Shown here: in pieces, positions 10,294 through 18,926 of the stretch | Numbering within the stretch: the first letter of the stretch is position 1 | How the letters are laid out: each line of letters begins with the position of its first letter | Origin: a virus | Lineage: Duplodnaviria; Caudoviricetes | DNA length: 64,000 bases | Virus record (IMG/VR): IMGVR_UViG_2799112568_000001 | Span: 3,857-67,856 of that record | Reading direction: 5' to 3' (one strand) | Made by a program: the position numbers and the translations under genes | Notes under the pieces: generated by a model | Databases searched by the model: none | Seen by the model: the letters and a program-made list of their open reading frames with translations, nothing else | What the model was told of the DNA's origin: nothing

Positions 10294-10344
10294 AAGGGCC
10301 TTTGAGGTTCCACTGTGTTCAACAGTAGAGCTTCAAAGGCCCTT
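10294..10344. terminator. Long bidirectional intrinsic terminator at the end of the left cargo operon
   Basis: 23-bp imperfect stem AAGGGCCTTTGAGGTTCCACTGT / ACAGTAGAGCTTCAAAGGCCCTT, 5-nt loop, T-rich tracts on both sides. Confidence 0.75.
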
Positions 10345-10449
10345 TTTTGTTTTGTCCGCTATTCTGTTGTTGTCGACCTCTGTGTAGAAGTTACCCTCCA
10401 CAAAAGGCGCTGCAAGGAATAATTAAAAAGTGTGGAATAATTAAAAGGT

Positions 10450-11025
10450 TCAATCTACAGAATCCGCGCAGTGCTGAATACGGCTGATTACCTGTTCTAC
10501 TTCGTTCCAGTTTCGCACACGCGTCATGCCGTGTGCTTCTGCATCATAACTAATGTTATGAGGAGCTGTCATCAGGATTTTTTTATAGTGCCCGCCTTCC
10601 AAATTATGAATACCGTCATCAATCAGAACATCTCCATTTATCATTTGTTTGCGGCTTGTAATTATCACATGATCCCAAGACAAAAACGGGAAGTATCTAA
10701 ATAGAACTTCACTCATCTTTTCGTAGATGGATTCGTATGGCGTAGCTGTAACAATAAACACTTCGTGCCCAGCGTTAATTAGGCGCTTCAAAGCATCTGA
10801 CGCGCCATCAATGGGATCGACGGTTTTCCAGAAACCGGGCTGCATAGGAATATCATAAACCTGCTCACGAGTTAATCCCGGAAAAGCGGCAGATACATCC
10901 CAAGAACGAATCTCCTCGCAGGATACGCTACACCCATATTTTTTGTTGACACCATCAACCCACGCTTTAAGAAGGTGTTCAATCGTGTCATCCATATCTA
11001 CAAGAATTACCATTTTCGCTTTCAC
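10450..11025 (-). CDS. 5'(3')-deoxyribonucleotidase (NT5C-type HAD phosphatase)
   Basis: HAD motif I LVDMDDTI, motif II IVTA, motif IV LIDDG; PGFWKTVDPI..A segment typical of the family. Confidence 0.85.
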   Translation of the reverse strand: MKAKMVILVDMDDTIEHLLKAWVDGVNKKYGCSVSCEEIRSWDVSAAFPGLTREQVYDIPMQPGFWKTVDPIDGASDALKRLINAGHEVFIVTATPYESIYEKMSEVLFRYFPFLSWDHVIITSRKQMINGDVLIDDGIHNLEGGHYKKILMTAPHNISYDAEAHGMTRVRNWNEVEQVISRIQHCADSVD

Positions 11026-11052
11026 CCTCTGGCTACAGAACTACAAATACGC

Positions 11053-11907
11053 TTATTTATCCATCTTCTCAAGTTCTCCGAGGCTTACTCCGTTTTCATC
11101 TTTCCACTTGAAATTACCGCTTAAAGATGCCCCACCTATAAAACTTGCTGCAGCGGATGGACTTGAAAGAAGCACATCAGCGGTAAGCGTATATGTCTCA
11201 TCAATTAGTTCAGAATACTTTTTGCGGTCTTTTATGGCCCTTTGGGGACAAGCCTTTGTGATTTGTGGATTAAGTTTACTGCCTTTCAAAACAACAAATC
11301 CGTCGCTTGTTCTTTTCCCCACAGCTTTTGCACCGCTATATTCTAAAAACAGTAGTGGCTCCGCTTCATTCTCTGGCGTGAGTGAAACATAGGGCTCAAA
11401 TACCTTATGGCCAAGAGCCCCCATTACTATTTTTGCGTAGTCTATGAACTCTTCAAGCTCGCTTTCTGTTTCCTCCGTGATATTTCCGGGATTAGGATCG
11501 TTTCCATTTTTTACAACGTAACGATTAGCTTGAATCGCTAAATTACAAAAACGATTTTCAAGATAGCTTATCTCTGTTGGCCCGAATGAGTTATTTGAAG
11601 TAGTAAACATTATCGTCTCGGTCCAATAGTCTATTGATGGGTGGGCCTCCTGAACACGAAGCAATAATCCCTTCCCATTTTTTCTGATTCCGGCTTGTCC
11701 AATATACACGACAGCGTTATCTTCTTTATCCGTGCCGAAGAGGAAATAGACACCGCTTTGTTTTAAGATATCCATGTCCTTACACTTGTCAAGCGAAGTC
11801 CGAGGTATTTTATAAGCGATACCGGTCCAGTTAGCGAGGGAGCATTTTATTCTGCCGCTCGGCTCTCCATCTATTAGGAATAGTTTTAACGTCTTGCTAC
11901 GTGACAT
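11053..11907 (-). CDS. GIY-YIG nuclease family protein with C-terminal DUF4357-like domain
   Basis: SGVYFLFG...VYIGQA (GIY-YIG), ISYLE, N.GNDP; C-terminal GFVVLKGS...SSPSAAASFIGGASLSGNFKWK. RBS GAGGAGG precedes ATG 11907. Confidence 0.85.
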   Translation of the reverse strand: MSRSKTLKLFLIDGEPSGRIKCSLANWTGIAYKIPRTSLDKCKDMDILKQSGVYFLFGTDKEDNAVVYIGQAGIRKNGKGLLLRVQEAHPSIDYWTETIMFTTSNNSFGPTEISYLENRFCNLAIQANRYVVKNGNDPNPGNITEETESELEEFIDYAKIVMGALGHKVFEPYVSLTPENEAEPLLFLEYSGAKAVGKRTSDGFVVLKGSKLNPQITKACPQRAIKDRKKYSELIDETYTLTADVLLSSPSAAASFIGGASLSGNFKWKDENGVSLGELEKMDK

Positions 11908-11941
11908 AATCTTCCTCCTCAACTACAGACTATCGATATTA

Positions 11942-12787
11942 TTATGAGAACAACGACAAAAAGACCCCGTTCTCCATGTCATTGATGTTATACAAGTGCT
12001 GCATCGTATTAAAGGTTTCTTCGAGATTTCTTCTGGCACTGCGCCAACCACCACCATCTGTTACCCAGACAAATTCAACTCCTGTAACAGACCGTGCTTC
12101 TTCAGCAATCATCTTATAGCTTCTGGCTGTCTCATTAAGTTTGGAACCGCCTCCGCCATAAAAATTTGTTTCAATAACGTAAATGAGAGAATCCGTTTTA
12201 ACGACGAAATCCCACCGCTTAGTAGATGTGCCTTCAGCGGAAATCGCAGAGAGGTCAACACCCCATTTTTTCTCTATGTCAGTTATATACATTTCCTTGT
12301 AGTATTCCACACCGGTCTGCTTAATGAATCCTTCTACAAGGTCCTCCATTTGATGGCCTCCACGGTTTTTTCTGCCGTTACTGTCAAGGCCGGTTTCAAT
12401 GCCAAGCACATAATCGACGAGGTTATTGACAAGGTGGTTTGCAATCAGATCCAATAAACCGGTTTTTCTCATAAACTCCATATACTGCTCAACGGAGTAA
12501 CTCATTTTATTGAAGTCAAATAGGAATGCACCTTCTGAATCTTGCGCATATATTTCGCTCTGCCGAACAGCCAAGAGTGTGGGAATACACTTCAGTATCT
12601 CCGGATATCTTTGAAGTAAGGAAGAAAAATCTGCTTCAATGTTCTTCGAGCCGATAAGAGAGTTCATGATATTAAGCTCAATTCTTATGCTCTCAACATT
12701 GGCATAGACTTTTTCAAAATCGACATAGTAATTGTAATTATTTATGCTCGGACGCATCTTTCCAAGCCACTCACTAAAACTCCGCAT
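11942..12787 (-). CDS. dpnB: DpnII-family type II restriction endonuclease (GATC)
   Basis: YYVDFEKV, GLDSNGRKNRGG, KRWDFV, ETNFYGGGGSKLNETARSY, FVWVTDG.GW. Confidence 0.9.
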   Translation of the reverse strand: MRSFSEWLGKMRPSINNYNYYVDFEKVYANVESIRIELNIMNSLIGSKNIEADFSSLLQRYPEILKCIPTLLAVRQSEIYAQDSEGAFLFDFNKMSYSVEQYMEFMRKTGLLDLIANHLVNNLVDYVLGIETGLDSNGRKNRGGHQMEDLVEGFIKQTGVEYYKEMYITDIEKKWGVDLSAISAEGTSTKRWDFVVKTDSLIYVIETNFYGGGGSKLNETARSYKMIAEEARSVTGVEFVWVTDGGGWRSARRNLEETFNTMQHLYNINDMENGVFLSLFS

Positions 12788-13571
12788 GCAAAACCTCCTG
12801 TTGTAATCTTCTAACTGAGAGTTCGATATATTCCTCTACATTGTCAATGCCTATGTACCGTCGTCCAAGCATTTTGGCAGCAACGCCTGTAGTGGAGCTC
12901 CCGCAAAATGGATCTAAGACCAAATCTCCGGGATTGGTAGAAGCTTCAATTATTCTTTCGAGCAAATACATCGGTTTCTGAGTCGGATGTTTCCCGAACG
13001 CTTTCTCTTTTTGTGAGGTGAGCGGTCCGGTCCAAACGTCCTTCATCTGTTTGCCACCGTTTTGCTGTTTCATTAATTGATAGTTGAAAAGGTGCCTTGA
13101 CTTCTTCTCATCCTTTTGAGCCCATAACACCGTCTCGGTACTATGCGTAAAGCATCTACATGCGAGGTTTGGAGGAGGATTTGTCTTTTGCCATGTGATG
13201 TTGTTTATGATCTTAAAGCCCTCTTGCTCTAAGGCCATGCCGATACTATAAATATTGTGGAGCGTTCCACTAATCCATATCGTTCCATTCGGGGTAAGGA
13301 CATTTCTGCATAGACGAATCCATTTTCTATTGAAGGCGTGCTTTTCAGAAACAGATGAAACCTTGTCCCAATCACCCTTATTAACAGAAACCATTTGACC
13401 GGCATGGCACGTAACGCCATCATTACTCAAAAAGTATGGTGGATCGGCAAAGACCATATCGACTGACGATGGGGCTATCTTTTTGAGAACTGAAAAAGTA
13501 TCACCCAAAAAGAGCATCTCAGTTTCTGTACAATAATATGGAGAAACCCTACCTTTAATCAGTTCTCTCAT
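12774..13571 (-). CDS. dpnA: Beta-class N6-adenine DNA methyltransferase (DpnA-like)
   Basis: MVFADPPYFLSN, KHPTQKP, VLDPFCGSSTTG; lies between dpnM and dpnB in the DpnII gene order. Confidence 0.88.
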   Translation of the reverse strand: MRELIKGRVSPYYCTETEMLFLGDTFSVLKKIAPSSVDMVFADPPYFLSNDGVTCHAGQMVSVNKGDWDKVSSVSEKHAFNRKWIRLCRNVLTPNGTIWISGTLHNIYSIGMALEQEGFKIINNITWQKTNPPPNLACRCFTHSTETVLWAQKDEKKSRHLFNYQLMKQQNGGKQMKDVWTGPLTSQKEKAFGKHPTQKPMYLLERIIEASTNPGDLVLDPFCGSSTTGVAAKMLGRRYIGIDNVEEYIELSVRRLQQEVLHAEF

Positions 13572-13584
13572 AAGACATTTCCCC

Positions 13585-14415
13585 TTAATAATTTGTGATT
13601 ATTACTTCTTTTCCAGTTCGTTTTGAGGCGTCACTGTTAATGGCTCTCCGAACATCAAAATGCTCAATCGAAAAGCCGCTATATAGTTCGTGGACAAGAG
13701 GAACATCATGATTGCTTAACATCACCTTGGCCCCTTGCTCTGACAATCGCCTGTATAGTGCAGCTAACCGTTTGTGGTCTTCGAGCGAAAAACCTTCTTT
13801 TGTGTAATCAGTGAAATTCGCTGTCTCATCAATCGGCACATACGGAGAGTCGAAATAAACAAAATCACCGGGCTGGACATCAAAACACGCGCTTTCAAAA
13901 TCTCCTTGACGAATTTCAACGTCTTTTGACCTTAAGTAAAGGCCTATGTTTCTAAGGTTTGCTGCGTCAATCGAGACACCGCCTTTTTTATTGTTGTATG
14001 GCACGTTGAACAGCCCTTTAGAATTAACCCGATATAAGCCATTGAAACAATGCTTATTAATCCAAATCATCAGCGCAGCACATTCAGGGTCCAGCTCATG
14101 GGCCTTGATTTTTGCGTTATACGCTTCGCGGATCTTCATATATCGCTCTTTGTCGCAAGGTTCAGCATCAAGCACCTGTACCGCAGCAATAACAGCCTCT
14201 GCGTCAATCTTGAGCTGCCTATAGACATTTAAAAGCTGCTCATTGATGTCGTTAATAACCACTCGTTCGGGCTGCAATTCAAGGAGAAGCGCACCTCCGC
14301 CTATAAAGGGCTCATAATACCTTCCGTAGTCCGTTGGCATATGCGCCTTCAGCCTATCAAGCAGTTGCGTTTTGCCACCTGCCCATTTCACAAACGGTCC
14401 TGTTTTAAATTCCAT
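13585..14415 (-). CDS. dpnM: Dam/DpnM-family alpha-class GATC adenine methyltransferase
   Basis: FVKWAGGKTQLL, YYEPFIGGGA, FNGLYRVNSKGLFNVPY, FVYFDSPY (DPPY variant), EVIITNY. Confidence 0.92.
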   Translation of the reverse strand: MEFKTGPFVKWAGGKTQLLDRLKAHMPTDYGRYYEPFIGGGALLLELQPERVVINDINEQLLNVYRQLKIDAEAVIAAVQVLDAEPCDKERYMKIREAYNAKIKAHELDPECAALMIWINKHCFNGLYRVNSKGLFNVPYNNKKGGVSIDAANLRNIGLYLRSKDVEIRQGDFESACFDVQPGDFVYFDSPYVPIDETANFTDYTKEGFSLEDHKRLAALYRRLSEQGAKVMLSNHDVPLVHELYSGFSIEHFDVRRAINSDASKRTGKEVIITNY

Positions 14416-14528
14416 CTTGGTTTCCTCCTAATTCCAAATTGGGTCATAGTATAGATGCCATACCTTTTTTCATTTATCAAGCCCATTTTGGAATATAATT
14501 TCTGAACTTTGTGTTTCCGGATGAACAT

Positions 14529-15200
14529 TTACCAGCCTCTATCCATCCGGCGAATGTCATAGACAAACTGCTTCTGAAAATAGAAAGCGTGGTTTTTGTT
14601 CGACACATATCTTCCATACACCCGTGAATAAATCGGATGATAACTACCACTTGCATCACGAGCGTCTTTGCTGCGAACCTGAATGTGAGTACCATTCGAT
14701 GTATGTATAAATCCATCAGGGCTATTCTCGATATGATATCTGAGCTGCTCGCAGATGGAATAGTAATCATTACGCCAGATTTCTCTTAATTGAGCAAACT
14801 TCCGGAGTGACAAATCGATATGGATGCTCGGCAAAAACATCCAGTCCTCTGGATGGCCATCTTTGCAAACAGGAACATAGAGAATATTACTGATTTTCTC
14901 ATAGAGATGGGTGTCTTCAAAAGGCCTCTCCTGTATCAGCTCGTCAATGACACTACTTATCTGTGTGATAAAGACTGTTTCTCTGGGATTCCCGGCTGCA
15001 TCACATTTGTTCGTTTTCAGTTCCCCATCATCAAAATCCAGATTTGTGCTTGAGAGATGCATCCCAAGGGACAGTTCAAGTAGTTGTCCTGTTTTGCCCT
15101 TGTTTATGATGATCATGTTCATATCGGACGGAGAGAATAGGTCTCCAAATCTAATTCCTGCAAGATTATTAAATCGCCTACATGCTTCTTCGAGTCTCAT
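14529..15200 (-). CDS. Single-domain MutH/Sau3AI-family endonuclease
   Basis: NKGKTGQLLE...LDFDDGELKT (PD-(D/E)xK core of the MutH/Sau3AI type), LYVPVCK, IQVRSKD, AFYFQKQFV; 223 aa, i.e. one domain. Confidence 0.8.
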   Translation of the reverse strand: MRLEEACRRFNNLAGIRFGDLFSPSDMNMIIINKGKTGQLLELSLGMHLSSTNLDFDDGELKTNKCDAAGNPRETVFITQISSVIDELIQERPFEDTHLYEKISNILYVPVCKDGHPEDWMFLPSIHIDLSLRKFAQLREIWRNDYYSICEQLRYHIENSPDGFIHTSNGTHIQVRSKDARDASGSYHPIYSRVYGRYVSNKNHAFYFQKQFVYDIRRMDRGW

Positions 15201-15202
15201 AC

Positions 15203-15745
15203 TTACGCCTCCGTTTCATCTCGTGGCACCAAACCCCACGTCATATTTCGGCCAGAATAGTTCCAGTATCGGATGTCCTGTTCAATGAATAGCCACTTGA
15301 TCGCTTTCAAAATGTGGTCCACAGGCAAGCCAGTGTCAAAATGAACTGTTTCCATATCGGCATCTGAAATATCCTCGCACTCAAACACACGTCTTAGTAG
15401 CTCGTGTAAACGAGAATACATTTCTGCATTTTCTTCTTTCTTGGCCTGTAAATCTGCTCCAAAGTCGTCATGCTTCGGAAAATTTCTTCTCCGTTGACCC
15501 GGTGGAGCATAATTGGCATTTTCAACGCATACGAGAAAGTCAAACCCGTTGTGCAGGTTTGCGGGTCTTTGTAAATAAACACGGTCACCTGTTTTTAAGG
15601 TTTCTACATAGTAAATGTACTTTGACGCATCTTCACCGCTACCTGTACCCGGTTCTTCAGCCGCAAGAGCATCTACAACTCGCATCCTGACTTCGTTTCT
15701 CGAACCGCTATTTGAAAAGAATTTTGTTATTTCATGCTTTGGCAT
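15203..15745 (-). CDS. Hypothetical protein (180 aa)
   Basis: Strong RBS (GGAGGA) before ATG 15745; ends 2 nt before the MutH-like start; no family recognised. Confidence 0.75.
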   Translation of the reverse strand: MPKHEITKFFSNSGSRNEVRMRVVDALAAEEPGTGSGEDASKYIYYVETLKTGDRVYLQRPANLHNGFDFLVCVENANYAPPGQRRRNFPKHDDFGADLQAKKEENAEMYSRLHELLRRVFECEDISDADMETVHFDTGLPVDHILKAIKWLFIEQDIRYWNYSGRNMTWGLVPRDETEA

Positions 15746-15756
15746 ATTCTTCCTCC

Positions 15757-16242
15757 TTAGAATCCTCGGTCCGCACAAAGGCGAGCGATGTCTCTCCAAC
15801 CCATGCCTTTCATAAAGACAACAGCATCGTTGACATCTCTGTTATTAATCAGTATCTCGTATGCAGCTAAGCGCTTGATCTTCCGCCCAAGTCTTGTGTG
15901 CGGGTAGTTTTCTTCGGCTGTCATTGCCATGTACAGTGTGGTGAAGAGCTTGTCTACCCTCAGCGCGTCATTCCCGTATGTGGCGGCTATATCTGATATC
16001 ATGTTTAGATTCATATCTTCAATTCTTTTCGTAGTAACATCATAAATTGCCACGAAATCGTCGTACACCCGATTGTTCCCATATGCCTTTCCTAATGATT
16101 TCAGATCATTAAAGTAATCTTTATCCAAGGGTGGCTGTCTACTACCAGCTGGATCTGTCATATACACACACCAGTTGTCAATTTTACCCCTGTCATACTC
16201 TAAAAACGAACCATCCGAGAACCGCTTTATTAGTTGACCCAT
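15757..16242 (-). CDS. Hypothetical protein (161 aa)
   Basis: RBS GAAGGA; abuts the next gene; globular composition; no family confidently recognised. Confidence 0.75.
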   Translation of the reverse strand: MGQLIKRFSDGSFLEYDRGKIDNWCVYMTDPAGSRQPPLDKDYFNDLKSLGKAYGNNRVYDDFVAIYDVTTKRIEDMNLNMISDIAATYGNDALRVDKLFTTLYMAMTAEENYPHTRLGRKIKRLAAYEILINNRDVNDAVVFMKGMGWRDIARLCADRGF

Positions 16243-16278
16243 ACTTCAATTCCTTCTTTCGTTACAAGAGAGATACAG

Positions 16279-16304
16279 CCTGCTGATATACACAGCAGGT
16301 TTTT
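16279..16304. terminator. Hairpin separating hamB from the downstream cassette
   Basis: CCTGCTG-N7-CAGCAGG. The T-run is on the + side, so it would terminate antisense transcription better than sense. Confidence 0.4.
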
Positions 16305-16319
16305 GCTTTTCAGTAGGTT

Positions 16320-18926
16320 TTATTCCGTTACAAACAGTTCCGGAACATTGTTATAGACTGCTCTTGCTTCTCCTTGAACACTCTTTCTTGGACAATGAAG
16401 AACAGACAGCTTGACCCGAATACCGTCATCGGTACGTTCAATATACAGGTCCTCGTGCTTTTGAATATACGTTGCCACTTCAGGAGAGAATCCGTTCTTT
16501 TGCAACAAGATGCACGTTTTGTTTGTTGTCCCATATTCAACATACTCATACCAGTCATTTGCCAAGAAGTCCCTATGCTTAAACTTTTTGAGTTCAGTCG
16601 AAAAGCGCATAAAGTAGTTTGACAAGCGAAACAGGATGATGTCGTTGACATTATTTAGCGTATCCTCGATCACTTTGTTGTGGTGTTCTGGGCCATCCAC
16701 AAACGGAACCGATTCTCCCTTAATATAAATGTTCTTGCCTCGCTTATAGCCGATGGCTTGATCAATCATATATTTAATGCCATTGCCTGTAAGCCACTGT
16801 GTCAAAAGCGTAGCGTAGAATCTGAGATTAGCATGCTTGCCATCCTTCAGCTTTCCAAGCGTTCCGGATTCATAGGTTTCCCAATCAAAAGCATCGCAGA
16901 GCTTTTCTAAAAATTCCAACGTGGGCTGATATCCAACGTAACCATAGATATTGACACTTGGATAATCAAGTCCGTTTGCGATTGCATTAACCAGCGTACT
17001 TACCTGATCCAGAGAGATGTTAATATCATCATCTGGCTCGTTCTGGCGTCCGGTAAACTGTTGCTTTATGATGGCAATATCTTCATCTGAAAGAATTGAT
17101 TCAAACTCACGGCTGATCCTGCCTTTGCGCCCCAGCATGATATCTCTAAGAAGTATATTTGCCGCTTTACGCATAAGAGCAAAAGCTTCATTTGTTTGGC
17201 CACTCAGTTTCTCAAGTTTTGTTTTACCGTCCTTCAGACAGTCTCGAACATACTCCTTCTCTTTGTCGCTGATAGCATCAATGGAGAGAATTTGAGGTTC
17301 AACTTCTTTCCGAAGCAAAGTTACATAGTTCGTAGGCTCAATGTTCATGTCCGGCAGACAAACAAGAAAAGCATTGCCATACAGACTATATTGGATTCTT
17401 CCAACACGACCGATTAGATTACGGAACTCAACAGCGGACATCGGATACGATCCATTCTTGTAATCTGTGATAAACAGATTGTCCGCAGGAAGATTGACAC
17501 CCTCCAGAAGCGTACTCGTACAAAATATGGTATGGATGCCGCCATCGCGTTTTCTAAACAGTTCCTCGATTCGCAGACGGATACTTGTGGGCAGATAACT
17601 CACATGATAGGCCACACCTTTTTCAACGGTATCTGCAAGGAAATAGCTCTCATGAACTTCCTCGCGGATTTCTTCGGCCAGCGCAATTAAATCTGGGTCA
17701 TGTAAAGAAGGAAGGCTGTCTGCATACTCTCTCGCAAAATCAACAACTTTAGCCTTGGCATTGCAATACACAAGATTCTTTTTGCCCGTCCCAAGCTCTA
17801 CAAGGAACGATTGAAAGCTCTTGCTTGGATCAAATTTAGCGATTAGGTGCAAGTCTTCTGTCAGCGAATTATAATAGCCCAAATCGCATGTCTGAAGATC
17901 AATCAAGAATTTTTCCTGACTAACTGGAGTATAAGACGATACGAGTTTTGTCCGTTCGCCCTCTATGGCATTGGGGACAAGCTCAAGATAAATATCCGGA
18001 TTAGGAATATGTGGTGAAGCGAACACAATTCTCGGATGTGGTTCAGTTCTATAGAGCATTCCGACTATTTGATAGTAGAACGCGCTACGGCCTTCCTTAT
18101 CTGAAATCTTCTGAGCTTCGTCGATAAACAAATACTGTATAGGGATATCTGGATAACCGATTAACTGGTACATCAATCTTTCTGGCGTCATCACAAATAC
18201 ATATCTATGCTCGTTTTTATCCTGTAAGATGACGGCACCTGCAGATGTAACAATCCTATAGTCGTATTCTCGCAGCAATTGCCCAAGGCTATCAGATATT
18301 TCTTTCGACACCTCATTGATTAATGCTTTCGTCGGGACAATAATCGCAAAATTGCTGTTAGGCTCCTGCTTAATTCGCTCTCGAATAAACGTGCGCATTA
18401 CAAACGATTTTCCCATCGAGGTTGGACCGGAGTAGCTGAAGAAACGATCTTCAACCATGTGGTCATAAACCTCTTTTTGAGAGCTGAGGAAATAACTATC
18501 ATTCTCGGACGGAATCCGCAGATATTCCTTATCAATTGCGGTGGACAACCTTTCGAGAACACCGGCCTCAAAGAACTCCGGAACACTATGCTGAAGCCCT
18601 AAATAGTTGCTGGTGCTCGAAAGGACTGATCCCATCACATATTCGATAGCAGCATCATTTGGTTTAAGCGTATGAAGAAGAGTGACAATCTCCTGAGCCA
18701 GAGATCTATGCTTTTCGGATTCTTTAACATGAACTGACTTCGACAACAGGTCTGCAAACCTTAACGCATCCTCTGTGTCAAACCCCACAGATGCCACATC
18801 ATGAACCTTAAACAACTGCAAAAAATAATTTTGCAGTAAAGCCTCGTATATTTCGTTTAGATAATCATCATGTTCTAATCCGTGAAAAATAGCATATCCA
18901 AGGCTGCTGGCAGGCTCATTCATCAA
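16320..18926 (-). CDS. hamB: Hachiman HamB-type Ski2-like DEAD/DEAH helicase
   Basis: GPTSMGKSF, IVPTKALINE, DEAQ, TSTLLEGVNLPA, NLIGRVGR; ATGA overlap with the upstream DUF1837-like gene. Confidence 0.85.
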   Translation of the reverse strand: MMNEPASSLGYAIFHGLEHDDYLNEIYEALLQNYFLQLFKVHDVASVGFDTEDALRFADLLSKSVHVKESEKHRSLAQEIVTLLHTLKPNDAAIEYVMGSVLSSTSNYLGLQHSVPEFFEAGVLERLSTAIDKEYLRIPSENDSYFLSSQKEVYDHMVEDRFFSYSGPTSMGKSFVMRTFIRERIKQEPNSNFAIIVPTKALINEVSKEISDSLGQLLREYDYRIVTSAGAVILQDKNEHRYVFVMTPERLMYQLIGYPDIPIQYLFIDEAQKISDKEGRSAFYYQIVGMLYRTEPHPRIVFASPHIPNPDIYLELVPNAIEGERTKLVSSYTPVSQEKFLIDLQTCDLGYYNSLTEDLHLIAKFDPSKSFQSFLVELGTGKKNLVYCNAKAKVVDFAREYADSLPSLHDPDLIALAEEIREEVHESYFLADTVEKGVAYHVSYLPTSIRLRIEELFRKRDGGIHTIFCTSTLLEGVNLPADNLFITDYKNGSYPMSAVEFRNLIGRVGRIQYSLYGNAFLVCLPDMNIEPTNYVTLLRKEVEPQILSIDAISDKEKEYVRDCLKDGKTKLEKLSGQTNEAFALMRKAANILLRDIMLGRKGRISREFESILSDEDIAIIKQQFTGRQNEPDDDINISLDQVSTLVNAIANGLDYPSVNIYGYVGYQPTLEFLEKLCDAFDWETYESGTLGKLKDGKHANLRFYATLLTQWLTGNGIKYMIDQAIGYKRGKNIYIKGESVPFVDGPEHHNKVIEDTLNNVNDIILFRLSNYFMRFSTELKKFKHRDFLANDWYEYVEYGTTNKTCILLQKNGFSPEVATYIQKHEDLYIERTDDGIRVKLSVLHCPRKSVQGEARAVYNNVPELFVTE

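Noticed and set aside
9027-10322. Track ORF as an intact 431-aa HsdM
   Set aside because: The first 34 codons are phage att and terminator DNA and the start has no RBS; kept as a pseudogene fragment.
14448-14480. Possible dpnM promoter TTGATA...TATACT
   Set aside because: The spacer is 21 nt, too long for a sigma-A promoter; not supported.
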